64,000 nt of DNA, taken from positions 23,306,950 to 23,370,949 of the forward strand of contig NC_134029.1 of assembly GCF_964204645.1 (NCBI RefSeq), in the 5' to 3' direction. Positions within the stretch are counted from its first letter, which is position 1, and each line of letters starts with the position of its first letter. The position numbers were made by a program, and so were the translations under genes. This document shows, piece after piece, positions 13,677-25,500 of this stretch. The notes under the pieces are model-generated. The model had not been told where the DNA came from. It did not search any database and saw only the letters and a program-made list of their open reading frames with translations. This DNA is from Tubulanus polymorphus (Eukaryota; Animalia; Nemertea).

Positions 13677-15986
13677 TTACAAATGGCTTAAAATCTTGTT
13701 TCGATCGAGTTGATAAAGTTCATGTGGGATTTCTAAGTCCCATTGTCCTGTAGAAACTAACAGCATTGCAATCCGTCCTATCTCGTTGCTCGACTTGGCG
13801 CAACATCCATTGTCTCCCAGCGCGATACCGAAACCTGGCTGAATTAGATCGATGATTGGTCGACCGTCATCTGTATGTGTCGTCAGGCAAACACCGGTGG
13901 ATGTGGAAACAGGTTTGATATCTAAAACATAACGTTTTATAGAAAAAAATGTAACTAAATTCATCAAAGAACATGACACAACATCTCCTCATACATAAAA
14001 TCAATCAACCAACCTTTAAAAAATTCTCTCAAGGTTTTTTCCAGAAAAGATATTGCATACTGATTTCCATTGCTAGAATACCAGTTTTTCAGTTCCTCTG
14101 GCGTCCGAAGTAGTCGTTCCATGTCATCCTTCCCACGTTCTGCATGTCCAACCTTGATGTAGTATTTGCCTGAAATAAACACAGAAATGAGATTTAAAAA
14201 AAACATCAAAACTTACACATTGAAATGTCTTACGCCATCCTTTGGATTGTCCTTACCATTTTGGTATCGAATTGGAGGCATTAGATAAAAATGTTCTTTA
14301 GTATTTGACAGCCAAGTTTTGCTTCCTGGTTTGTCATACTTACAACCCACGCATGGCATTCCCCTAGAAAAGAAGGAAGATTGTGAATATCACCTGATTC
14401 ACACTATCTCGCAGTACTCGTACAGTGGAACCTGGTTATAATGAACTCGGACACAACGATTCATCAGATATTAGAAATATATGGAATTTTGTCCCAAGTA
14501 AGAAAATATGATTAATTTCATACTGGATATAACGAACTATCGGTTATAACGAACATATTTTCTGGTCCCGTGAATTTCGCTGTAACGAGGTTCCACTGTA
14601 TATAGAATCTCATTCACCTCAGTTGTGCAGCTTGTTTTTCGGTAACCTCCCAAAACAGGACAGTTTGCGTCAATGGCCGCAGTTCTGGTTGAATCTCACG
14701 AGGAAGAATATCGCGACAATAACTGAACGCACCCGTACAAACTAACACTTTTAACGAGCGGATGATAAGCCCGCTGTCAGTTTCAATTTCAAATTCTGTC
14801 TTCGAATTTCGTGATATGTTTCGGACTTTCTTCGCGACGTCTTTGATAATTTTACAACCGTATCTCTCGGCGACAGTCAACTGTGCTTCACGGAGCTTAC
14901 GAGGATTTATTCTTCCTCCGCGTTCATCAAACAGAAACGTTTGATCGGAATGTAATTTAAAGTTCGGAAACTCCTCGACAGCTTCATCAAAAGTAAGGTT
15001 TCTACCACATTTCATTTTCTCAGCAGTTCTCCGATACGCTTGTCCCATAGAGTCGTCTTTCGCATTACAAATTATCAAATATCCGATGTTATCGAAAAAT
15101 GAAATACCTGAAAAACAAAAACCATGAAAAATGAAGATTTGATTATAACATAGTTTGATCGAATGAAAACCCTTTCAAAAAAGATGGCTTTCAAATTTTT
15201 CTTGTCAGTGTCAACACTATAAAGCATGCCGTGATGACACTTGTATTTTGTACAATGGAACCTCGTTATAACGATCTCAGATATAACAATTCATCAAGTT
15301 GTTACAAATCTACAGTTTCATCCCAAATAGGACAATTCTATTAATCGCATGTACTGGATATAACAAACGTTGAAACTTACAAGATTCCAATAATGTACTA
15401 CCGCAAATTGTTTTTAGATATTTTCTGATAATATTTTTGTTCTTTCTAAGCTCCACCATATTGGCTATGTGGGGGCTACTAATCTACGACCGTTGTAGGT
15501 TGATGCACTCAATGCATGCACCTAAATCAAATTTATGAAAACCTCTTTTTTCAATCCGGCGTACAGGCCTGCTGTTGCTGTAGTTTGAGAAATGGATTAA
15601 GACTCGCCAGATTCATTTTCGATCGCGCGATATCTGGCAGCAGATTTAGCGCTCAAGACCGCATATTTTTCAGTTCGATCGATGATTGCCGAAATACGGC
15701 CTTCGTCGTACCACGCTCCGAATATATCAGCATCTCCTTCAGCCTAAAACATCAAAGTTTGTTCACATTAAAAACTTGGCATAACGCTGAAATATCAAAT
15801 TCAACTTCCCAACAAGCGTTTAGAACTGAAACGAGAGACAACATGAAGAGAAGAAAGCTTCTCAATTAAAGCTACCTTATTTTCTCCGGGGCCAATAATA
15901 ACCACGTTGCCTTGAAGAGTCTTCGATGCATGATATGCGGCGCCAGAACCTATCATTCCATCACCGATAATACACAGTTCGAACAT
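13677..15986 (-). CDS. FAD-dependent oxidoreductase, monomeric sarcosine oxidase/DAO-like. 6 exons: 15986-15876, 15743-15608, 15107-14618, 14363-14257, 14169-14014, 13921-13677
   Basis: N-terminal Rossmann motif IIGDGMIGSGAAY, then GAWYDEGRI, RYRAIENESGISFF, VLVCTGAF, YLMPPIRYQNGKYYIKVGH, CLTTHTDDGRPIID and GDNGCCAKSSNEIGRIA. The exons join in frame if intron 2 is GC-AG. Confidence 0.85.
14423..14598. mobile_element. Tc1/mariner-pogo (Tigger-like) MITE
   Basis: TA|CAGTGGAACCTGGTTATA ... TGTAACGAGGTTCCACTG|TA: TIRs with a TA TSD. A related half-copy starts at ~15251. Confidence 0.85.
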
Positions 15987-16401
15987 ATCCTCCGTTTCCT
16001 AATAAATAAAACTCACATCCGTCAACAGGAATGGAGCACTTGCCCAACTCGTATGAAATCATGTGTGTGTAATCTGTCAGATGTTTTTTTTAGATAATCT
16101 TGATAAATCCTGTTTCTATACACAAGTTCGATTGAGTGAGTGATGGAATCGGATTTGACCTGATAGGCTCCTATTTTGTAGCTTATTTTCGAGTGGTTCG
16201 AGTAGGCCTACTTACTGACAGAAATATATTTTCATATAAAGAATTGTATATAATGTATGACAAAATATCATTATAAGAGATTTGTGAAGGCTGAAGTGAA
16301 TTTGGGTGGGGGCAAGATGATTTAGAATCCCCGGCCGAGTGTGTCAATCCCACAAACAGGGCAGCGGCTCGTAGGTAGTTGAAGCAAAGGGCCGGGTCGG
16401 G

Positions 16402-16855
16402 GGGTCATCCCTATTACCGAGATGACGTATTTTACCGAAATGAACCGAGACGAACCGAGATGAAATGAAATATAGCATATTTATTTATTCCTTATCGATT
16501 TTAACACTTGAAATCATGTTATATCAGTAATAAATACCTACTAGAGTCATATTTTACATATTTTTTTTATTTAAAAAAATTTTGACTTCAAATACGTAAA
16601 CTCGGTTAGCAATAAAATTTCATTGAATTTGATTGATCGACGATCTTATCTCGGTAAAGTTAAGTTATTTTTCTACAAAAATATCCGACAAAATATGTAA
16701 AATATGACTCCAGCAGGAATTTATTACTGATATAATATGATTTCAATGGTAAAAATCGATAAGGAATAAATGAATATGTCATATTTAATTTCATCTCGGT
16801 TGATCTCGGTTCATCTCGGTAAAATACGTCATCTCCTCGGTAATAAGGATGACCG
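16402..16855. mobile_element. Foldback MITE with ~160 bp TIRs, (C)GGTCAT..ATGACCG ends and an 8-bp TSD
   Basis: 16403-16563 is the reverse complement of ~16690-16854. GGGTCGGG flanks both sides (16394-16401 and 16856-16863). Confidence 0.85.
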
Positions 16856-17519
16856 GGGTCGGGGACGGGGTGAGGGTAGCAGATCATCCAGTATCCTAGG
16901 TACTGGGCCTATATACCGCTGCACCGGTATAAAAAGAATAGCCTCTATCTATCTTAATGTAAGACCTACTAACCATTTTAAAATTTGCAGATCTACTTCA
17001 AAGAAGTGATTCGATCAGGAGAACTTCCTGAATCTGATATGGATATTTTACTTTGCTCGACAACCTTGAGAATTTAATCTCTTTTTATCTTAACCGTCAA
17101 GTGCTGCCTCTGAACACATCGTTGGCGGTGAATATGTGAACTATATTACTCGCATGCCGCAGTAGGAATATTACACAATTTTTTAACTTGGCACAATTAA
17201 AGTTTGAAAATCGAGTCACAACTACCAAGGTATAAAAACCCTGGCCATCTCTTAAGACACACACACTAGGGTTACAATGTTACTTGCAGTTGGAACGTAC
17301 AATTCTGCTTTACTAAACTAAACTTAAAATGGAATTACAGAATTCCTCAGATATTTGAGGTCCTTAGAAATAATTTCAACAGGAAGGAAATATATCAAGA
17401 AGTTTGTTGAAGTCAGATTATTCTGAAACAGGCATCTTTGCACGAATTACCGCAACTGGAAATCTGACTAGGGATCTAATATATCATTGAGAGTATGGAA
17501 AATTGCCTAAAACATGATA

Positions 17520-17668
17520 CAGTAAAACCCTGTCTTACTCTGACATGACCAACTCCAAAAACGAAATCATTGTTCCGACTTCCTAATGCATTTTCCTGTA
17601 ATCCTTAACTCGGAGTTTGTTTACAACGGAAAAATCTTATCGGTCCCAGTTTGTCTGAGTTTACTCTG
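17520..17668. mobile_element. Degenerate Tigger-like MITE
   Basis: TA|CAGTAAAACCCTG ... GAGTTTACTCTG|TA; same style as 14423-14598. Confidence 0.55.
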
Positions 17669-17831
17669 TATGACTTGGGCAGAATCTAGTTTAAAAACCT
17701 ATAAGTTAAAATAACTTAAGTTGATTATGTAAATTGATTTTATTCTGATCAGGTCAGGACTCCGCACACAACAAGAAACATGTCATCGGTTCATAGAAAC
17801 TCTAGGATACACTATAAACAGTTATTACGTC

Positions 17832-18761
17832 TCATCTCCTGCTGTTATAGTAATTAGTCTCGCAACTCAACATCCCGTACATCGTCAATTTCATTTTCTC
17901 TTTCTTCTTCGTCGGTTTCGTCACGTATTCTTTAACAGGTGGCGCCGGTCGAATCTTACGTCCGTATCGGCCGTCTTTACGCTGCCACCAGCCGCTTCTC
18001 GGCCGGAAACCTTTCCACCGACTGACGCCGGCTTTACCCCAGGGAATCTTATTGTATCCGACGTTCGACACGCGTCCGACCGTCGCCATACACGTCTCGT
18101 CAATGTTCATTTCGAATTTCGACGGCATTCGCACGATGCAACGTCCGTCGGTTTTACGCACGAGTTGAGCGGTAACTCCTGCAGAGCGCGCCACTCGACC
18201 TCCGTCGCCAGGGTATCTCTCGATGCAGTTTACGACGGTACCGATAGGTAGCGCTCCGACGCGATGCGCGTCGCCTTCTTGCGCTTTCACCGGCATCCTC
18301 GGTATCGCGGTAGTCGTAGTGATAATATCTCCGGGTGCCATATTCTCCGTCGCGACGATGTAACGTTTCTCTTCACCGCTGGCGACGATCGCAATTTTCG
18401 CGTTTCTCATCGGATCGTCCATAATCTCGATGACTTTCTCTCGAAGCGGCGCGTCGTCGTCTTTCACTAGACGTTCGCGGTTAAAATCGATCATGCGGTA
18501 ATAACGTTTGTCTTCTCCGCCGCGACGCACGACCACGCGACCTTTCTCCGAGCGTCCGCCCGTACGCAGGGTTTTTAACGGACGCGTCGTGTAACCTTCG
18601 ACCTCTTCGGCCAGTTTAAACATTTTATACCCGAGATCTTGCGGATATACGTACGGCGTATTACCGGAGAGCGCGCGAGGTATTACCGTAATACTCGCTC
18701 CCTTGGAAACGACGTTTAGAGTCAATCGCGACATATTCTGAGTGAGAGCGTTTAGAAACAT
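17832..18761 (-). CDS. MRPL2: Mitochondrial large-subunit ribosomal protein uL2m; single coding exon, probable 5'UTR intron ~18797-18945
   Basis: 309-aa ORF with uL2 motifs (TGGRSEKGRV, YRMIDF, DPMRNAKIAIV, GALPIGTVVNCIE, ARSAG, ATVGRVSN, GKAGVSRWKGFRP) and an N-terminal transit-like peptide. Confidence 0.95.
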   Translation of the reverse strand: MFLNALTQNMSRLTLNVVSKGASITVIPRALSGNTPYVYPQDLGYKMFKLAEEVEGYTTRPLKTLRTGGRSEKGRVVVRRGGEDKRYYRMIDFNRERLVKDDDAPLREKVIEIMDDPMRNAKIAIVASGEEKRYIVATENMAPGDIITTTTAIPRMPVKAQEGDAHRVGALPIGTVVNCIERYPGDGGRVARSAGVTAQLVRKTDGRCIVRMPSKFEMNIDETCMATVGRVSNVGYNKIPWGKAGVSRWKGFRPRSGWWQRKDGRYGRKIRPAPPVKEYVTKPTKKKEKMKLTMYGMLSCETNYYNSRR

Positions 18762-19561
18762 GATTCATCCGATGTTGACCCCGATCGACCTAATCCTAGA
18801 AGACAAGTGAAAATAATGAAAATAATGTAGTGGTGAAATTAGCGAGCGCGAGCCAAGTAATTTTGGTAATAAAGAGTATTTTTGATTGAGTAGGCCTATA
18901 AAATTAAATTTAAAAATACTAATTCAATCAACTAACAAAACTTACAAATGGAATGGATTGCTACCGGATCCCCTCTTCGTTTTCTAACAAAGATGGACAA
19001 TTTTTTGTCGAAAATTGCAGATAAAAATCTTATAGTGCAAATGCAACATCAAAAGTGGAGCATCACGAAACGGAAGTACCGAAACCGTATACATTATATT
19101 TGTTACATCGTATGCGAAGTAATTTTGTTTTTCAGATTCAGACAGTAACTTCCGCATATTAAGGTTCGATTCCCGATTTTAACGATTCTGCGTAATTCGA
19201 CACAGGGCTTGTCACACGACGTAATACTAATACGGTTTCGTTACTTCCATTTCGTGGATTTTCTGAATTATCGTGGATTATCCAAATTACAATGCGTGCC
19301 AATCTAAAATGCGGTCAAAATGTACTTTAAATAATTCAATCCAAAAGGGTGTCAATAAAGTCAAGTTGCAATTCAAAATCCAGCGTCCGTAGAATAGTGT
19401 TTCCCGAGGGTTACGTTGAAAACGTCATCGGTTTTTGTTGTTTACATCGGGTTGCTAGAGAGAGTGATAATGAGGAAGTGTCAAAATTGTTAAAAATTAG
19501 GTATCGGGACCCGGCAGGCGAACTCGTAGAGCAGACTGACAGACAGACAGAGAGAGAGAGG

Positions 19562-22500
19562 ATGTTGACTAACATGCCCCCGAGCATGTCTGACTATAAC
19601 AATCAATCTCAACATGTCGGAGAACTTTTAATAAGGGTAAAATTTCTTTACTTTCATTTCACAATCAATTCAATAAATTATTTTCAATAATGAAAAAATG
19701 TCACGACACACCATCCATTGATTGACATTTCAATTCAATAAGCCTAAGATTTAAGTTAAATTTACATCAATTTTAACTACTTACAAATACAATTGTGGGG
19801 GCCAGTTGCTCATATAAGTTGGTTTGTTCAATTGAACCAACTGCGTAAGATTTAGACTTAGAGGAGTGGACTGTCAAACCTTTTTGGCGTACTGTCATAT
19901 GAATGCAAAGGTGTAACAGTATGACTGATCTGATCTGCCGAGGGCCTCTCCCGCACCGCCTTGCTATAACAGACTTTATAACAATATGATGGACTCAAGC
20001 TATCAGTTGGGCCCTGGTCCTAAAGTACCCTTGAACTGCCCCAGACGCCGAATGTTTATGTCCTGATGGTTTGATCGAGTAGCTGGATAGCTTACAGCTA
20101 TATGCACTGTCAAAGGAAGATAGCTTGCAGCTACATGCACTGTCAAAGGAAGATAGCTTACAGCTACATGCACTGTCAAAGGAAGATAGCTTACAGCTAC
20201 ATGCACTGTCAAAGGAAGATAGCTTGCAGCTACATGCACTGTCAAAGGAAGATAGCTTACAGCTACATGCACTGTCAAAGGAAGATAGCTTGCAGCTACA
20301 TGCACTGTCAAAGGAAGATAGCTTGCAGCTACATGCACTGTCAAAGGAAGATAGCTTGCAGCTACATGCACTGTCAAAGGAAGATAGCTTACAGCTACAT
20401 GCACTGTCAAAGGAAGATAGCTTGCAGCTACATGCACTGTCAAAGGAAGATAGCTTGCAGCTACATGCACTGTCAAAGGAAGATAGCTTGCAGCTACATG
20501 CACTGTCAAAGGAAGATAGCTTACAGCTATATGCACTGTCAAAGGAAGATAGCTTGCAGCTACATGCACTGTCAAAGGAAGATAGCTTGCAGCTACATGC
20601 ACTGTCAAAGGGAGATAGCTTACAGCTACATGCACTGTCAAAGAAAGATAGCTTGCAGCTACATGCACTGTCAAAGGAAGATAGCTTGCAGCTACATGCA
20701 CTGTCAAAGGAAGATATGTCAAATTATGACAGTATGATGTATAACACTTGATGATTGAACTCTCTTGTTTTGTTTAGGTTCAAGAAGATCTGCACCATCT
20801 CCGTGAGAAAGTGAACGCTCAGAAAGATGGACGTGGGGAACTTAACATTGATGCATTGGACGACGCTATTGAAAAAACTGAAAATGAAATCAAGGTTAGT
20901 CAAGTAGATCATCAACTTAACCCTTTCAGAGCGTCTACACTGCAGTGCGGTGTATAAATCAGTGATGGATTTTGCTAGTACACCGCACTATGGTGTATTG
21001 ATGAAATTAGTAATCATCTCTCTTAAAAGATGGCAGTACATGTCAAACATGGTGAAATATCAGTTACTAACGATACACCGCGCTGCGGTGTAGACGCACT
21101 ATAGTGGTATTCCTATTGTTCAACATGCTAGGGTGGAATGATTCAAAATTTTCAAATTAATCCCGAAAGGGTTAACTGAAAATGAAAGTATTTTTAAAGC
21201 CAAAGCGACCGAACAAATTTTCTTTCTGAATTGCAGGCAAAAACTGAACAGCTCGTCAATCAGATGAACAATCAAGTGTTGACGTTACCATCATTGGAAT
21301 CACAGGCTCAAATACGTCATGAAACTACGTGGGATCTGAGAAATCAATCACAACCGTCTCAGGATTATGTAATTCGTACGACGGGCGCAATCGATGCCAG
21401 GTACGATTAAACGCCTCCTCGTTTTAATTGTGTGCGGCAAAATGTTCCCAAAATCCCCGGGTTAAAATCCTCTGCAGATATCATACGTAAAAATTCCCCT
21501 GGTTACGGTATATCCCTTTAGAAGGAAATCTACACAGGGTAACAGTTTCTTCTATCAAAGATTTAATGCCTTGGAGGATTTTTACTTAAAACTGATTAGA
21601 AATATTGTTTTTCTTTGTTTATTTGCGTAGAACACTTCCGAAGAAGACAAGTATTTTACCGAAAGAGAAATTACAAACCAAAGGCCCGACACCGGGACAG
21701 CAGGTATGTTCAGGTTCATCAATACTGGTTCAAATTTTAAGACTGAGTTGTTACGCTTAGAACCAAATAAGCCTAGATCTGCCTTAACATCAAAATCACG
21801 AGAGCAAATTTCAGTTTGGAGCTTGTGTCCCGGCAAATTTCAGTTTGGAGCTTGTGTCCCGGCAAATTTCAGTTTGGAGCTTTGTGTCCCGGCAAATTTC
21901 AGTTTGGAGCTTTGTGTCCCGGCAAATTTCAGTTTGGAGCTTTGTGTCCCATAACGTTCTTTAAATGTTTCATGTTTTATGTGTTTTAAAGGCTAGAATG
22001 TTGTACGGTATGAGAGTTGTACAGAATCCTTATAACGCGCAAAATCGTCAAATCATGAACGAACAATACGGAGTTTCGTTACCAATGATTGCTGAAAGAA
22101 CTCACCAAAAGGTATGTAATATACGTCTGATGTATATCCCACAATCAAGAGATCGAAAAGTCTTTTAAAAATATCGAAACGTTAAAATTTATCTACAATC
22201 CGAATTTTCGGTTTTTCACTAAACTCCATTATCAACGAGTGAAAAACCGAAAATTTGGATTTTTAATAGATTTTAACGTTTCGATATTTTTAAAAGACTT
22301 TTCGATCTCGTAACTGTGGGATAAATAGCATACTCGTCTTTCGCGATTCATCGCATAGTTTTACAACAGTCTATTCAATATCGTATTATCTGTGACTGGT
22401 TGTGTATAAAGCTAAAGTCAATAGAAACAAGTTCTATTGTTGCGTTATGATTTACGATGACGACGTATTGCGTTATTGCTCTTTGTAGCCGACAATGAAA

Positions 22501-25500
22501 CCGATAACTGGTTCAACTGTTGATCATCTAGCTGTGTTACCCCGAGCGAATAGAGTCGATCCGCAGGTATGCCGCCTATTCAATTCAACTTGTCATATAT
22601 TAATGGGTTACAACATTAAAGTAACTGGTTATAGTTCGTGTATTATGGGATAATCTGTTTCTATTTTAACGGATTTGAATAGAATTCTACCGCTCTCGGA
22701 CAGGTGAATTATTAAAGATCGTTAATTTTCTGCGTATATGTTTCAGTTGGCCCCTCCTGCGATCTCCGATGAAGATACGAGAAAGGGTATTTTGAGTTTG
22801 TTAGAACGAGGTTTGATACCGCCGGCTGCTGAGTTAACTCTCGATCCATCCCCGGTTAGACATAGGACGGCTCAATTACATAAATATGTTGAGAAAGACA
22901 CTAGAGGCATCCCTCCACCTGCTGTTAGTCTTACCGGTAAATATCCCGTGTTCCTTGTGAATCTAAGAGGTCTCTATGTTTATACATATACCTGTTCAAT
23001 GCTGTCCATGTGATTTTAGGACTGCATTCATTCTATAATATAACATTACGGAAGCAAAATGCTAAGCTTTTGAAAGATTTAAGATTTCATTTCATTTTAG
23101 CTTCGTCTCTCACATCAACTACTTCTGTATGAAGCAATTATCATTGTAAGCAATGATAAGAAATTGATGGCAATTTATGTATATTTGAGCAGTAATGACT
23201 GAGTTACAGAGAAGTGGATATGAAATTGGCAGGGATGGCTGCTCCCCCTCTGAAATCTCTAGCCGGGAACACTATGATTTTTCATCTCTTCCACATTGTT
23301 TTTTAGATGGCTATAATATGGCTTCAGTGAAGTTAGATACTGTGGTTCGTCTGAATGAAATGCCGTCCCTTCGTAAAACCATCTCATCTGCTCGAAGCCG
23401 CGATTCGAAATCCGCCGGCAGCTCACGTGCATCTAAAACTCCTGCTGCCATGAAAACATTTGAGATGCCTCTTCAGCCTCTGGTAAGCCGGGTTGAAGAA
23501 TATTGTTATTTCGAATTGGTTTCAATTTGTTGGCACATTTTAATCTCAAATGGCCAACAACAAACGCAGTGAAATGAAGTTCTTTGCAAAACAAAGGTGA
23601 AACTTGATTCTTATTCCACTAGGCAAGTTTTTGTCATAGGCCTGAATCTCTACCTGAAAACCCCTTGGCTGGTTTTATAGACCCGGAACCCAGTCCGCAG
23701 TTCCCGTATTTAGATATTCTTACCTAAGAATCAAACATCTAACATGAACTGTAGAGAACAAGGTCTTGTTTTAACTTCAACCCTAGTTCAGTAATTCGAA
23801 AGTCGGTCTCAGGTTCATACTTCATGTCCTTTTGATTTTCACTGGTAGCAATAATTACTGTAAAATCAGAAAATGTTGCTTTATCTGTTTAGAAATAGTT
23901 TCTCTTTTAGCTATATCTCTAGAAGCAGTTTGAAATTGTCTTTTAGCTATATCTGTTTAGAAGCAGTTTGAACTTATAGCTATATCTCTAGAAGTAGTTT
24001 GAAATTGTCTTTTAGCTATATCTGTTTAGAAGCAGTTTGAACTTATAGCTATATCTCTAGAAGTAGTTTGAAATTATCTTTTAGCTATATCTGTTTAAAA
24101 GCAGTTTGAAATTGTCTTTTAGCTATATCCCTTTAGAAGCAGTTTGAACTTATAGCTATATCTCTAGAAGTAGTTTGAAATTGTCTTTTAGCTATATCTG
24201 TTTAAAAGCAGTTTGAAATTGTCTTTTAGCTATATCTCTTTAGAAGTACCCGGTAGTTTGAAATTGTCTATATCTCTACTATGACACTATTATATTACTC
24301 AATTAATTGTTTTTCCAGCAGACGAGAGTGAATGAGAGCAGACTGGGCAATGTCATGGCAACAGGCAATGTTGTATGTTTTCATTCACGTATAGTGAATA
24401 TTTGCATATTTTTCTAATGATTTATAAAGATTTGTGATCATTACCAGTTTAAAAACCAGTGCAGGGTAGCGGCATAATGTTTTTCGTTAAAATGCTGACC
24501 TATTTGACGGATACCAACAATGCCTATAGACTGGGAGGACAGGCCCTTGAACAAGCCTAGGATGTTGTTCAATTTCTCAAAAGCGAAACCTTTTTGGATT
24601 TTTGGCAGTTTGTCTTAAACCCCCTCAACCCCTACGCTACGGGTTTAGTACCAAATATTCGAGGACTTGTGCCACTTTTCACTGGTTTTAATTTACGATA
24701 TCACTGTAAATGCACCGACCCTGCCTACATCATCTAAATATGCAATATCTGCTTGTGACGAGAATTTTAACTAATTTTACCAACAACTAATTGCATTGTT
24801 ATGACATATTCTGCGTTGCCCATTCTGTCTCAAACGTATATTATTTAAACTTTATAATGAGCTTGAATTTATTTGTTGGGTGATATCTCGTTTGCAGAGT
24901 TCTGATTATTTACTTTATTAAAATAAAATAATCAACGCATTAAACATTTTCAACTTAATTTTTCGCAACTTTTGTAACAATAGTTGAGTTACTATTCAAT
25001 CTCCTATTTGGAATTCATGTGCCTTTAGTCTATGGATATTTTTTTACTTATCATCGAGTCTTGATCTATACAATTCTAGAGAGTATCTTAGTTTTAGGGA
25101 TACAAGATACTCCATTACCGTCACTTTATCCCGCCATCTCAATGTTTGGTGATATCTCAGTTTGACTTTGACTCAAGTTTTGTGTCAAGAGAACACAGGA
25201 AAGGATTAAATTAGACAGATATTTCGATAGTGAAATCAGAGATTTCTTTTATCCCCTCAGGATAGTTTCCATTCCTATTTTCAATATTCAAAACAATTCT
25301 GAAAAGTATATCTCCAGCCCTGGCCGTTGTCTAACTTTTCATAAACATCGGTAGTGATTCATTTTTGTCTGTTCATAGGTTCAACCATTAAAACTGGTGA
25401 GTTAAGTGAATGTCACTGTGGTCTTTCAGTGTTCACACACACATGTTATTCCCCACCCTGTATCTATACCTGATATCGAAATGCATGTTATCCCTCACTC

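Noticed and set aside
13677-15986. Oxidoreductase as a pseudogene
   Set aside because: All six exons join without stops when the GC donor is used.
20003-20751. Three long overlapping ORFs (208-239 aa) and a CRISPR-like appearance
   Set aside because: These arise from a 33-bp unit (a multiple of 3) without stops. There are no unique spacers and no cas genes, and the array sits in a eukaryotic intron.
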